Virus record (IMG/VR): IMGVR_UViG_3300034130_000039
Coordinates: 1 to 43,597 of that record
DNA length: 43,597 bases
Reading direction: 5' to 3' (one strand)
From: a virus
Lineage: Duplodnaviria > Caudoviricetes
This document shows, in pieces, positions 1 to 9,959 of the stretch. Both the position numbers and the translations under genes were made by a program. Position 1 is the stretch's first letter, and every line of letters begins with the position of its first letter. A model generated the notes under the pieces. It saw only the letters and a program-made list of their open reading frames with translations, was not told the origin of the DNA and did no database searches.

Positions 1-127
1 GGCGGCAAGCGACAATTCTTTGGCCGGCTCGACCTCGAAATGGAAACCGGATCTGCGCCCGCGGGCTTGCCCACGATCACCTACGACTACTCCGACGACC
101 GCGGCGTCACATTCATCAATCCGCGCG
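1..127 (+). repeat. Terminal direct repeat copy 1 (assembly circularisation overlap)
   Basis: ggcggcaagc...ccgcgcg is identical to 43471-43597. 127 nt is a typical assembler k-mer length. Confidence 0.95.
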
Positions 128-285
128 TGGCCGCGGTCGCGGCGCCCGTGGATCCATCGGCGACGCGCGTGTACTGGCTGCGCAACGGAGAGAGCCGCGG
201 CCGGATTCCCCGCTTCTCGGGCAACGGTCAGACCCGCGTCGCGCTGATCGATCTTCAGTGCGACCTGGTGGTCGGCACAGTCTGA
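1..285 (+). CDS. C-terminal part of P22 gp10-like tail hub / DNA stabilization protein (continues from 42007)
   Basis: In frame with the ORF from 42007 across the join. LDLEMETG...YSDDRGVTF...RVYWLRNGESRGR is the typical gp10 C-terminus. Confidence 0.85.
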   Translation, partial: GGKRQFFGRLDLEMETGSAPAGLPTITYDYSDDRGVTFINPRVAAVAAPVDPSATRVYWLRNGESRGRIPRFSGNGQTRVALIDLQCDLVVGTV

Positions 286-758
286 TGCCCGCCATCATCA
301 CCATCCCGCCGCAGAACGTTCCGCTCGATACCGGCGGCACTACGCTGTTCTCGAAACCTTGGTGGCTCGCGCTCAGTTCGCTGTTCGGGCAGGCCTCCAC
401 GCCCGGCACGGTTTCGGCGGACGGCTATTACATCGTGCCGATCATCACCGCCGGCCCGCTGTTCTCTGCGACGCCCGACCTGGGGCAAGGGCTCAATCAG
501 GAAGTGGACCTGGTGGACCCGCTGACCGCGATCATCACGCCGGCGAATCAGGCGACGGCGCAGACCTGGACCTTGCACCTGGTTCAATCGGGCGCGGGCG
601 GTTCCGCGGTTAGCTTCGACGCGGGCTATGCCGGCGCCGTGGCAATCGTCGGAATGCTGGACACCACGCTCGGCACCTATTGTTCGCTCACGTTCGTGGT
701 GCGTCCGGACGGTTTAAACGCGCTCACGGCCATCACCACCGGGCTCCCGATTCTATGA
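285..758 (+). CDS. Virion protein following gp10 (tail needle/adaptor position)
   Basis: ATG overlaps the gp10 stop (TGATG). The N-terminus IPPQNVPLD...SKPWW resembles proteins at this position in P22-like phages. Confidence 0.6.
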   Translation: MPAIITIPPQNVPLDTGGTTLFSKPWWLALSSLFGQASTPGTVSADGYYIVPIITAGPLFSATPDLGQGLNQEVDLVDPLTAIITPANQATAQTWTLHLVQSGAGGSAVSFDAGYAGAVAIVGMLDTTLGTYCSLTFVVRPDGLNALTAITTGLPIL

Positions 759-2797
759 AAATTCTTCTGATACTCGCGATCGCGGCGGCACTCGCCGAAG
801 GCCAAGGGACGTCCCGCTTCCAGACCTTCGAGCAAAAAGGCGGCCAGATCCGGACGGTCCAGTCGAAGCTCACCGACACGATATCGGTTAAGGATTTCGG
901 CGCCACCGGCAACGGCGTCACCGACGACACGGTAGCGATTCAGACGGGCTTAAACGCGGCGTGCGGCGGCACGCTCGCGATCACCGCAACCACGGGCGCC
1001 GCAGTGTCCCCTATTGTCGTCACGACCGCGGCGCACGCGCTAGTCAACGGAGTTATCGTAACGATTTCAGGCGTCGCCGGCAACACCGCGGCCAACGGCA
1101 CCTGGTCAACGGTGTCCCTCACGACGACCACCCTGGCGCTCTATTCGGTGGCGACGGGCGCGGCCTCGACCGGCAACGGCGCCTGGATTTCGGGCGGCAC
1201 TCTGATCGCGCCGTCGACCCCGCGGCTTTACTTTCCGGCCGGCACCTACAACATCAGCACACGCCTCAAAACCGGCTGCGCCATGTTCCTCTCGGGCGAC
1301 GGACCGACCGCGAGTATGATCGTGCAGACCCGCATCGCAAACTTGAACGGCGGCATCCTTTCGAATTTCTCGATATGGATTCAGGACCTCGCCATCAACA
1401 CCGCGCCGCTCGTGACGCAACAGTTCATGATCGCAGTCGAAGTGGGTGACAGCGTGGCGGCGGCGCCGATGCTCGGCTACACCGTGACGTTCCTTCGCTT
1501 CAATTCATCGGGCTTCAACTTCGGGATGGACGTGAACGGCACCAGCGAAACGGACCTCCTCGCCTCGATTACCGTGCGCGACTGCAATATCGCGGTGAGC
1601 GCGCCGGCGGGCGCCGTGGCGGAACCCATCAACGCGGCCAACGCGGTCTTTCTGACGGTCGAGGATTCCACACTCAGCGGCAACAGCAACACACCCCCCG
1701 GCACGGTCATGAACGACCACGGCATCTACACCCTGGCGATCCGCGGCGTCCTTATCCAAAACAACCTGATCCAGAACAACGGCGACTCGGCGGTCAAGCT
1801 GCTCCAGGGCGGGTTCGCCTCGGCGTCATGCCCGACCATCCAGGACTACACCTCGTGGACCGTGACCAACAACCGGCTGCTCAATAACAAATTCCCGATG
1901 GTCGCGTATTCCTACTGCGCGCTCATCCTGCCGGCCGTGACGTTCACCAACAACCTGGTCCTCAATTCCTGGGATACCTACCTCGGCAACACGGCGGCCT
2001 TCACCGTCCAGGCGAATTGCCAGTCGGTGATCAGTAAGGTGACTCTCGCCGGCAACACGTTCCAGAACATCGGCCTGGGTGCGATCTACATGCAAAGCCA
2101 AACGCAAGGGGTGCCGTGCGCGAACCTCACCGCGGTCGGCACCATCTCGAATTTTTCGAGCACCGGCGATACGATCATCAACTTCTCGCAAAGCTCGCCA
2201 GGCACGTTTCCCGCGATCAACTCCTCGGGCCCCACCACGGCGCAACTCCGCGCCTCTGTCGCGCAGCTCCGCGTCGACGGCGGCGGGACCGGCAACGCGG
2301 CACTCAATCTCCTGGGATTCCTGTTCGCGAGTGTCGTCGATACCGTCGAAGTCAACACGACGGCGCCCCTGTCCGCGAGCCCGAACATGGTGCTCATGCA
2401 ACCCGCTGCGGGCGTGGCGGTTCATCGCACGATTATGGCCGCGTCGCCCACCGCGAACGCCTGGGAGATCAAGGATTACCTGGGCAACACCATCGCGGCC
2501 GTTGACCCGGCCATGAATTTGCTTTTCCCGAACTCGCCCGGAATTTATTTCTCGAACGGCGTGAAGGCCGGGCCCGCCGGCGCACACATGGTCATCGGCC
2601 ACTACGGGCTCACCCTCGGGACCGTCACCGTCAACTTCACCGGCGCGGCCGTCTTTACCAGCTCCACCAGCTACGACTGCACCGGCTCGAACAACACCTC
2701 GGCCCTGGCGTTCAACATTGCGCTCGTTTCAGGCTCTCAGGTCATCATCACCGGGACCGGCACTAATACGATCTCGATGATATGCGCGGGCTCGTGA
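755..2797 (+). CDS. Tailspike-like beta-helix (pectate lyase-like) protein with N-terminal Sec signal peptide
   Basis: ATGA-coupled start at 755. Signal MKILLILAIAAALAEG-Q. RTVQSKLTDTISVKDFGATGNGVTDDTVAIQ and LYFPAGTYNI motifs, Asn-rich beta-helix coils, and an FCCH-like insert (PIVVTTAAHALVNGVIVTISGV). Confidence 0.85.
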   Translation: MKILLILAIAAALAEGQGTSRFQTFEQKGGQIRTVQSKLTDTISVKDFGATGNGVTDDTVAIQTGLNAACGGTLAITATTGAAVSPIVVTTAAHALVNGVIVTISGVAGNTAANGTWSTVSLTTTTLALYSVATGAASTGNGAWISGGTLIAPSTPRLYFPAGTYNISTRLKTGCAMFLSGDGPTASMIVQTRIANLNGGILSNFSIWIQDLAINTAPLVTQQFMIAVEVGDSVAAAPMLGYTVTFLRFNSSGFNFGMDVNGTSETDLLASITVRDCNIAVSAPAGAVAEPINAANAVFLTVEDSTLSGNSNTPPGTVMNDHGIYTLAIRGVLIQNNLIQNNGDSAVKLLQGGFASASCPTIQDYTSWTVTNNRLLNNKFPMVAYSYCALILPAVTFTNNLVLNSWDTYLGNTAAFTVQANCQSVISKVTLAGNTFQNIGLGAIYMQSQTQGVPCANLTAVGTISNFSSTGDTIINFSQSSPGTFPAINSSGPTTAQLRASVAQLRVDGGGTGNAALNLLGFLFASVVDTVEVNTTAPLSASPNMVLMQPAAGVAVHRTIMAASPTANAWEIKDYLGNTIAAVDPAMNLLFPNSPGIYFSNGVKAGPAGAHMVIGHYGLTLGTVTVNFTGAAVFTSSTSYDCTGSNNTSALAFNIALVSGSQVIITGTGTNTISMICAGS

Positions 2798-3210
2798 CGA
2801 CGTTTTCACGCTCCGAGGACTACGCGCTGATTCGGGACATTTTGACCGACGCGCGGTGCTGGCGGCGCATGACGAAAGAGGAACCGGGCTCCCTCTCGGG
2901 ATTTATGCCCGGCCCAACACACGGAAGAATTGCTTACATCGTAGCGCGCGAAGGCGCGGCGGCCGCGGCCGTGTTCCTCATCGTGGACGGCCTAGAGATC
3001 CATTTTTGCTTCCGGCCGCGGACGTGGGGCAGGACCGAACCGATCGCGCGCGCCTTTCTCGAGTGGGTTTGGCGCGAGACAGACGCGACGCGGCTCGTCG
3101 GGCCCGTCCCGAAACACAACCGGCTCGCATTGCGCCTGGCGCGCGCTGCCGGCTTCACAGAATTTGCAGCCACCGTCGACCACGTGCTGCTCGAAATCAG
3201 GAAACCATGA
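2794..3210 (+). CDS. GNAT-fold P22 gp14/DUF2824-like protein
   Basis: EIHFCFRPRTWG and NRLALRLARAAGF motifs. Lies between tail and ejection genes. GTGA-coupled start. Confidence 0.75.
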   Translation: MTTFSRSEDYALIRDILTDARCWRRMTKEEPGSLSGFMPGPTHGRIAYIVAREGAAAAAVFLIVDGLEIHFCFRPRTWGRTEPIARAFLEWVWRETDATRLVGPVPKHNRLALRLARAAGFTEFAATVDHVLLEIRKP

Positions 3211-4445
3211 CGAAGAACCAACTGCTCGAACTCTTTCCGCTCGGGGATGCGTTCGAGCCGAACCGCCCCGGCGCCCGCGTCCACGATCCTATTTCCGCCA
3301 TCACCGGCGCGGTATCGGCGGGCACCAGCCTGCTCGGCGGACTATTCGGATCGAACGCGGCCAAGAGCGGAGGCAAGCTCATCAACACGGCCGATCAGAA
3401 CGCTGCGCAATCGACCCTCGACACGACCTCGGGCGTAAATACGAGCGATCTTGCCGCTTCGACTCAAGCGGGAACCGATGTAAAAAACCAAGCCACGGCG
3501 GGAACGCAAATCGTCAATGATGCGACGACCAAGGCCAATCAGGGCGTCACGGATACGCAGGGGCAGGGTGCTCAGGCGGTCACAAATTCGGCCTCGACGG
3601 GCGCAGGCCAAGTCAGCGACGCCACGAAGACGGCGAATGCTCTCCTGGACCCTTACGCGCAATCGGGAGCCGATGCGAATAAGGTTCTCGACGCCGGCAT
3701 CGCACCTGGCGGGCAGTTCGATTCGACCCCGACTCTCTCGCAACTCCAGATGGACCCCGGCTATGCGTTCCGCTTGCAGCAAGGATCGACGGCGCTCGAC
3801 CGTTCGGCCGCGGCGCGCGGCGGCGTGACCTCCGGAGGCGACATCAAAGCGCAGACCGATTACGCGCAAGGATCGGCCTCGCAGGAATATCAGAATGCGT
3901 TCAACCGCTACGAAACGGCGACGCAGAACAACTACGCCAACGTCAGCGGCGTGGCGAATCGCGGGCTGACGGCCGGAACCCAGATGGGCACAAACGACAT
4001 CAATTCGGCGACCTACGGCTCGAACCTCAACTACAACGCGGCGCAGTATGGCGCCACCACCGCGAACACGGCCGCGCAGTGGACCGGCCAGCAGGACATC
4101 AATTCAGGCGAATTCAACACCAACAGTCTGAACAACGCCCAGCAGTATGCAAGCAACATGGACGTGAACGAGCACAACCTGACCGGCCAGCAGACCATCA
4201 ACGCCGGCAACACCGCGAACAATTACCGCGTGGCCGGATCGACCGCCATCGCGCAAGGCAACATGGGCGCGGCAAACGCGTGGAGCGGCGCGCTCAACGG
4301 CGTCGGCAACGCGGCGCTCTATTCGGGCAACCCGTACAACAACAGCTCCCGAGGCTACAACGGAAACGGCACGGGCAGCTATGACGGCACGCCCGGCATT
4401 GGCAGCGGCTTCGGCCACCAGAATGCTCCTGGCTCGGGCTACTAG
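3207..4445 (+). CDS. DNA ejection protein, P22 gp7-like
   Basis: Leader followed by DPISAITGAVSAGTSLLGGLFGSNAA. DPGYAFRLQQG...SAAARGG motif. Gly/Ala/Asn-rich. Confidence 0.8.
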   Translation: MTKNQLLELFPLGDAFEPNRPGARVHDPISAITGAVSAGTSLLGGLFGSNAAKSGGKLINTADQNAAQSTLDTTSGVNTSDLAASTQAGTDVKNQATAGTQIVNDATTKANQGVTDTQGQGAQAVTNSASTGAGQVSDATKTANALLDPYAQSGADANKVLDAGIAPGGQFDSTPTLSQLQMDPGYAFRLQQGSTALDRSAAARGGVTSGGDIKAQTDYAQGSASQEYQNAFNRYETATQNNYANVSGVANRGLTAGTQMGTNDINSATYGSNLNYNAAQYGATTANTAAQWTGQQDINSGEFNTNSLNNAQQYASNMDVNEHNLTGQQTINAGNTANNYRVAGSTAIAQGNMGAANAWSGALNGVGNAALYSGNPYNNSSRGYNGNGTGSYDGTPGIGSGFGHQNAPGSGY

Positions 4446-4475
4446 GGCGGCTAAACCGCCGCTAAAGGAAACTCC

Positions 4476-6149
4476 ATGCACCCACAAGACACTTCTTTCC
4501 TCGTGAACGGGTTCAAGCCCACGATTGCGGCGGCGCAGCCGCAAGATGTCGCGTTGTTCCAGATGCGGCAGCAGCTCGGCGCGCAGCAGCTTCAGCAAGG
4601 CTCGATGGACCTCCAGCAGAAGCAAATCGAGCAGCAAAGCGATCAGGCGACCCGGCAATTATTCGCGCAGCACGCGCAGGCCGGGACAGAACCGACCGAT
4701 GCGGACATTATGAGCGCGGCCGGCCCCAAGGTAGGCACGGGAATCATCAAGGCGCGCCTCGACGCCAAAGACACCTTAGCAAAACTACAGGAGACGCAGG
4801 GCAAGCTGGCAGACCAGGAACACGACGCGATGGGCGCGCAAGGCGCGCTGATCGCGTCCCGCGGTTACACTCTGGAAGCATTCAACGACGCGATGCAGGC
4901 CGGCACGCAGCTTGGCTACGGCGCGCACCTGGCGCCGATGATCGCGGCCGTGAAACAGAACCCGGCGCTCATCAAGCAATACGCGGACGGCATGATTACG
5001 ACGAGCGCGGAGCAGCAGAAACAGCGGGCGGCGAAGGACACGGCGGACGCGCGCAAACTGACGGCGGACACGGGCGCGACGAAGGAAGCCGCCGAACTGC
5101 CCGGCCAACAGGCGCAGTCGTTCATGCTCGCGACCAAGCAGGGTGCGGGCGTGCTCGACAGCGCCACCGGCCAGCTCGATTACACCGACAAATACGGCAA
5201 GCTGACGCCGGCCGTGGCCGCGCAATTCTCGCCGCAGTTCGACGGCTCGCCCGCGGCGCACGCCGCGATCAATCGCGTCGGCATGAGCCCCGCGGAGAAA
5301 CAGGCCGCGGACCAGAAGACTAGCGAGATGGCTGAGACGATCAAGCGCGACGCCGAAACCAACCGCCACAACCTTTCGACCGAATCGAACGCGAAGCTCA
5401 ACAACGCGATCGCCGGCGGCCGGCTCGCGATCGAGCGGCAGGTCAACGGCATGAAGTACGGCACCGGCACCCAGGAATACTGGGTGCAACAGCTCGCGGA
5501 GAATCCGGACTCGATCAAAGAGATGCCGGCCGAGCTTCGTTCGATCGTGGGCCAGAAATTCAAGGCCGCGACCGGGCTACCGCTCCCGACTCCGCTCACC
5601 GGCACCGCGGCCACGCAGGAAACCGCGGCGCGCACGACTCTCGACAATGCGCAATGGTTGTCCAATGCCATGAAGAACCCGCTCATCGCCGGGCAGACCG
5701 GCGCGCTGATGGGACGGATCGGTGAGGCGTCGCAATCGCTCGGTACCGCTGTCGGATTGTCACCGGAAGCCGAACGGTTGGGACAGGAATTTCGGACCCG
5801 CGCGCGGCAGTTCATCCTCCAGGATGCCAAGGCGATCTCCGGCGGACGCGTCACGAAGCAGGTCCTCGACCAGCTCCAGGCCTCCAGCGCGAATTCGAAG
5901 ATGGACCCGAACATCATGCAAGGCGCGCTCGACGGCGCCACCGGCAACGCGCAGCAGATTATGGACAACGCCGACAAGCAACGCTTCGGCGGACAGTCGC
6001 GGACGCCGGCACAGCGCGGCATGAAGCCGCAGGCGGCGGCGCCCGCCGGCGGAATTCCGACGCCGGCAAGCCAGGCCGAATTCGGCGCGCTCCCGAGTGG
6101 CGCGGCGTTCAAGAAGCCCGGCGACCCGAAGACGTACTACAAACCCTAA
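4476..6149 (+). CDS. DNA ejection protein, gp20-position
   Basis: 557 aa, Gln/Ala-rich helical protein between the gp7-like and large ejection genes. AAGGA RBS. C-terminal LPSGAAFKKPGD motif. Confidence 0.65.
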   Translation: MHPQDTSFLVNGFKPTIAAAQPQDVALFQMRQQLGAQQLQQGSMDLQQKQIEQQSDQATRQLFAQHAQAGTEPTDADIMSAAGPKVGTGIIKARLDAKDTLAKLQETQGKLADQEHDAMGAQGALIASRGYTLEAFNDAMQAGTQLGYGAHLAPMIAAVKQNPALIKQYADGMITTSAEQQKQRAAKDTADARKLTADTGATKEAAELPGQQAQSFMLATKQGAGVLDSATGQLDYTDKYGKLTPAVAAQFSPQFDGSPAAHAAINRVGMSPAEKQAADQKTSEMAETIKRDAETNRHNLSTESNAKLNNAIAGGRLAIERQVNGMKYGTGTQEYWVQQLAENPDSIKEMPAELRSIVGQKFKAATGLPLPTPLTGTAATQETAARTTLDNAQWLSNAMKNPLIAGQTGALMGRIGEASQSLGTAVGLSPEAERLGQEFRTRARQFILQDAKAISGGRVTKQVLDQLQASSANSKMDPNIMQGALDGATGNAQQIMDNADKQRFGGQSRTPAQRGMKPQAAAPAGGIPTPASQAEFGALPSGAAFKKPGDPKTYYKP

Positions 6150-6152
6150 GCC

Positions 6153-9100
6153 ATGCCCGACGCCATTGATTACGGTCAATCTTCGACGACCCCGCCGGCA
6201 GCCCCGCCCGCGGGACCGATCGACTATGGGCAGTCTTCGACGGATCGGCCCGCGGACAAAGGTTTTTTCTCGGGCATGGTGAAAGGCTCCTCAATCCTCA
6301 CCGCCCTCTCGCACCCGCTCGACACGCTCGCGAGCATGACCGGCGCCGACAAGATTCAGGAAGCGAAAAAGGACTACGACGCCGGCGACAAAAAGGGCGC
6401 GGCGCTCAAGCTGATGCAGTATGCGCAGCACACGCTGAACGGCGGGCCCGCCGGCGACATGGCGCAAGGCCTTCTCGACGCATCGAAGGATCAGGGAAGC
6501 AAGGCCTGGGACGCGTTCAAGTCGGGCGACTACCATAAGGCCGCGAACCACGCGGCGGCGGCGATGGTGCCGATCTTCGCGCCGGCGGCCGAAGGTGCTG
6601 ACCAGGTGAACAAAGGCCTGGCGGACCTCAAGGCGGGCCCCGACTATCCCAACCAGACCGCCGGCGAACGGCTGTCGGCGGTCTTGGACAATCCCGACGT
6701 GCGCGAGGGAGTCGGCACGGTGGCCGGCAACGCGTTCGACTTCGTTGCGCCCGAGCTGGGAGGCAAGGTAGTCGAAGCGGCGCCGGCGGCCGGCAGGATC
6801 GTCGCGGACGCCGGCAAGGGCGCCTGGAAGGGCGCCACCGCGCCGACCACGCTGCCAATCAAGATCAAAGGCGTACCGCTTGGCGAAGTGAACGGCTTGC
6901 CCGCCGCGGTCACGGGCGCGGCCACGGGCGCGGGCGTCGGCGCGTTCGTTCCAGGCGTCGGTCCAGTGGTAGGCGGCGCCGTAGGCGCGGCCGTGCCAGT
7001 TGTGAAGGGCGCGATCGCCGGCGTGCGAGAAGGAATGGCTGCGCGCGCGGCCGGCCCCTCGACCCTCGCTCAGCGACTCGCCGAAGGGCGCGTCGCGGTT
7101 GCCGCGACCGACGCGGCAGCCGGGACAGCGGCACCCGCCGCGGCAGCCATCCGTCCCGAGTGGAACCAAATCGCGAAGCAGCTCGGCGGCAAAGACTACG
7201 CGTCCATGAGTGGGGCGTGGCAGGACAAAATTCGCATGATGGCCGGCGAACCGGCCGCGGCCACGCCTCCACCGCTCCCGCGGCCGGCAGCTCCCCCACC
7301 GCTCCCGCAGGAACCGGCCGCCACGACGCCAGCCGAACCGGAACCAGCCGCCACCGGCCCCCGCACCCCCTACGAAATCGCGGACGAGATCATGGCGCAG
7401 CGACGCGCGGAAGCAGCCGCGGCAGCTCCACCGCCGGCAGCTCCACCGGAACCGACCGCGGCGCCAGCTCCACCGGCGGCAGCTCCCCCGGAACCCGCCA
7501 CCGCCGCGGCGCCTCCCGCAGAAACGCCCTCCGAACCCCCGGCACCTGTACCCTCGGCACCCCCCGCCGACGCGCCACAGCCCGCCGAATCCGCCCATTA
7601 TGCGGCTTTACGCAAAACCGCCGGCGATCGCGGCGCGGATGCGGCGATCGCGAAAGACCAGGTCATCGTCGACTGGATCAGAAAGAACCACCCCGAGTGG
7701 ACCGGCGCCGACATCAAACCGGGCCAAGCCTTTAAAGACATGGTCGACGGGACCAAATTCGAAGCGGGCATTAAGAACCCGAACGGCAAGTCGGGCAAAT
7801 TCACGACGCGCATAAACGACGCGGACCACGTCGATCGAGTGCAAGCCGTGGCGGACGAGCTCGACCGGAAGATCGCGCGCGCGAAGATCAACGACGCCGG
7901 CACCGCGGCGCGCGCAGCCGGCGCTCCGGACCAGCTCATCGAAGCCCGTGAGCGCCTCGGACGAGCTACAGTAGGAGACCCCAATGCAACCCCCGACAGT
8001 GGACAAACCGTTCAAGCTCCCACAGGAGCCCAAGGAGCCGCAGGCGCCGAAGGTGCACCTCCCGTTGCCACCGCACCCGCCGCAGGCGTGGACGCCGGCG
8101 CAATTGGAACACGGCAAGCACTTCCAGAGCAGGTTCGCGCAGGCGGCGAAGGTTCACCTGGTGCGAGTGTCCAAGGCAACCGCACCCGCATCGACGTCCC
8201 CGGCGAAGCCCGCAGCTATCAAGGGCATTACGAAGTTGGAGAATTAGCCGACAGCCAGCCGTCGCACCACGGAGCGACGTTTCAGAAAAACCCCCGCTAC
8301 CAGCTCCGCAACGACCGCAACTACGACAACCCGGTCAATCAGGGCAAGATCGTCAATTGGTCAACCGCGGATCCCGAAACCGGCTACAAGCCCGCCAACC
8401 TGATTAACACCGCGCCCGATTCTTCGAGCGGTCCGCCCGTTCAAGATTCCGCCGGCAACGTGCTCGGCGGCAACGGCCGCACCATGATCCAGCAGCGCGT
8501 AGCGGCCTCGAACCCGGCCGGCGCCCAGGCCTATCGCGCCTTGCTCGACCAGAGCGCGGCGCACTATGGCATCGACCCGGCCAGCTACGCGCACATGAAA
8601 GAACCTTTCCTGCGCCGCGTGGTAGACGACGCCGAATTCTCGAGAACGGGTTCCAAGCAGGACGCGGTCACCAACTTCAACAAGAGCGGCACCGCGGCCC
8701 TGACGCCCTCAGAGCAGGCCGTGGCCGATTCGCGGCGCGTGTCGCAAGGAACGCTCGAGGAACTCGCGCAACGGCTCGATGCGAAGGGACCGGACGGCAC
8801 GCTCGCGCAAGTGCTCGAAGGAAAAAGCGGCCTCGAAATGCTTGGCAAGCTCGTCGACGACGGCGTCATCAGCCCGCAGGAGCACGCGAAGCTGGCAACT
8901 GAAACGCAGCTCACCAAGGCCGGCAAGGAACGCGTCTCGGGCCTCATGCTCGGCCGCTTCTTTGAGAACTCCGAGCAGATGGACGTGCTCCCCGCGGAAC
9001 TGAAGAACAAAATCGAGCGCATCGCGGCGCCGGCGGCGCGCGTCGAAGGCGGCGACTATTCGCTCTCGCCCACGCTGAAGAAATCGCTCGGGCTCATCGA

Positions 9101-9959
9101 ACACGCGCAGGCGACGGGCATGAGCATCGACGACCACTTGCAACAGACCGGCATGTTCTCGGACGATAAGTACCCGCCGCAGGCCGTGGCACTCGCGAAG
9201 CAGCTCCAGTCCCGCGGCGCCATCAATCTCACCGACGCGGTGCGCCAGTACGCAGAGCGCGCGAAATACGCGGCCGAATACCAGGGCCCAGGCATGTTCG
9301 GCGAGTTTCCAGAACCGCACACGCCGGCGCAGGCCTTCGAGGAAAGTTTCGGACCGAAAGCGCTCGCCGATGAAGCCGCGGCAAAGATTGCGGCCAAGGC
9401 CGCGAAGCAGCCGGCGGCCGAACCGGCGCCTGGGCTACTCGATCGAGTAATGCAGGGCGCCAAAGAGCTGCTCATCGACAAGACCGGCAGCGTCCGGATC
9501 CGCGGCAAGTCGAGCGCGGCAGCCTACGACGACGCGCACCAGACCAGCATGTTCGGCGATCCGGAACCGGCCGCAACGCCGGCAGGCGACGCAGGCACGG
9601 CCGCGGCGCTCAAGGATGCGATGACCAAGCAATTGAAGTACGGCGGGCCCCCCAGCGGGCGCACCATCGGCGGCCCCTTGTTCGATCAGCAGGAGGGCAT
9701 GTTCGGCGCGCCGGCGGAAGCCGTTCAAAAAACCGCGTCGGCGCTCAAGGACGGCCCGCACCCTGCCAGCGGACAAGAGAGAATCATCGACGCGATTCAG
9801 GCCAAGGGCTTCAGCCGCGTCGACGCGCTCAAGGCGGTCCAGACAATGCTAAAAATGAAGGTCGCCAAGTTTGATGCGCTGGGCCAGTTCAGCGTCAAGC
9901 ACGGCATGTTCCTCGAACCGGACGTGATTCGCAACGCGATCGCAGCGTGGAAGCCTTAA
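6153..9959 (+). CDS. Large ejection (gp16-position) polyvalent protein with DdrB-like ParB domain
   Basis: 1268 aa with a Pro/Ala linker. YEVGELADSQPSH...RNDRNY...GPPVQDSAGNVLGGNGRTM matches my recollection of the ddrB-ParB domain of phage polyvalent proteins. Confidence 0.75.
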   Translation: MPDAIDYGQSSTTPPAAPPAGPIDYGQSSTDRPADKGFFSGMVKGSSILTALSHPLDTLASMTGADKIQEAKKDYDAGDKKGAALKLMQYAQHTLNGGPAGDMAQGLLDASKDQGSKAWDAFKSGDYHKAANHAAAAMVPIFAPAAEGADQVNKGLADLKAGPDYPNQTAGERLSAVLDNPDVREGVGTVAGNAFDFVAPELGGKVVEAAPAAGRIVADAGKGAWKGATAPTTLPIKIKGVPLGEVNGLPAAVTGAATGAGVGAFVPGVGPVVGGAVGAAVPVVKGAIAGVREGMAARAAGPSTLAQRLAEGRVAVAATDAAAGTAAPAAAAIRPEWNQIAKQLGGKDYASMSGAWQDKIRMMAGEPAAATPPPLPRPAAPPPLPQEPAATTPAEPEPAATGPRTPYEIADEIMAQRRAEAAAAAPPPAAPPEPTAAPAPPAAAPPEPATAAAPPAETPSEPPAPVPSAPPADAPQPAESAHYAALRKTAGDRGADAAIAKDQVIVDWIRKNHPEWTGADIKPGQAFKDMVDGTKFEAGIKNPNGKSGKFTTRINDADHVDRVQAVADELDRKIARAKINDAGTAARAAGAPDQLIEARERLGRATVGDPNATPDSGQTVQAPTGAQGAAGAEGAPPVATAPAAGVDAGAIGTRQALPEQVRAGGEGSPGASVQGNRTRIDVPGEARSYQGHYEVGELADSQPSHHGATFQKNPRYQLRNDRNYDNPVNQGKIVNWSTADPETGYKPANLINTAPDSSSGPPVQDSAGNVLGGNGRTMIQQRVAASNPAGAQAYRALLDQSAAHYGIDPASYAHMKEPFLRRVVDDAEFSRTGSKQDAVTNFNKSGTAALTPSEQAVADSRRVSQGTLEELAQRLDAKGPDGTLAQVLEGKSGLEMLGKLVDDGVISPQEHAKLATETQLTKAGKERVSGLMLGRFFENSEQMDVLPAELKNKIERIAAPAARVEGGDYSLSPTLKKSLGLIEHAQATGMSIDDHLQQTGMFSDDKYPPQAVALAKQLQSRGAINLTDAVRQYAERAKYAAEYQGPGMFGEFPEPHTPAQAFEESFGPKALADEAAAKIAAKAAKQPAAEPAPGLLDRVMQGAKELLIDKTGSVRIRGKSSAAAYDDAHQTSMFGDPEPAATPAGDAGTAAALKDAMTKQLKYGGPPSGRTIGGPLFDQQEGMFGAPAEAVQKTASALKDGPHPASGQERIIDAIQAKGFSRVDALKAVQTMLKMKVAKFDALGQFSVKHGMFLEPDVIRNAIAAWKP

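Noticed and set aside
680-754. Upstream start that would hide the tailspike signal peptide
   Set aside because: TTG start inside the previous gene without an RBS; the ATGA overlap at 755 fits the coupling pattern used throughout the genome.
4446-4462. Small GCTAA-containing hairpins at late gene junctions (also ~36410)
   Set aside because: Too short and too few to distinguish from chance.
7240-7590. gcagctccaccg-type repeats as a CRISPR array, DGR or VNTR element
   Set aside because: They encode a Pro/Ala linker; no spacers and no reverse transcriptase.
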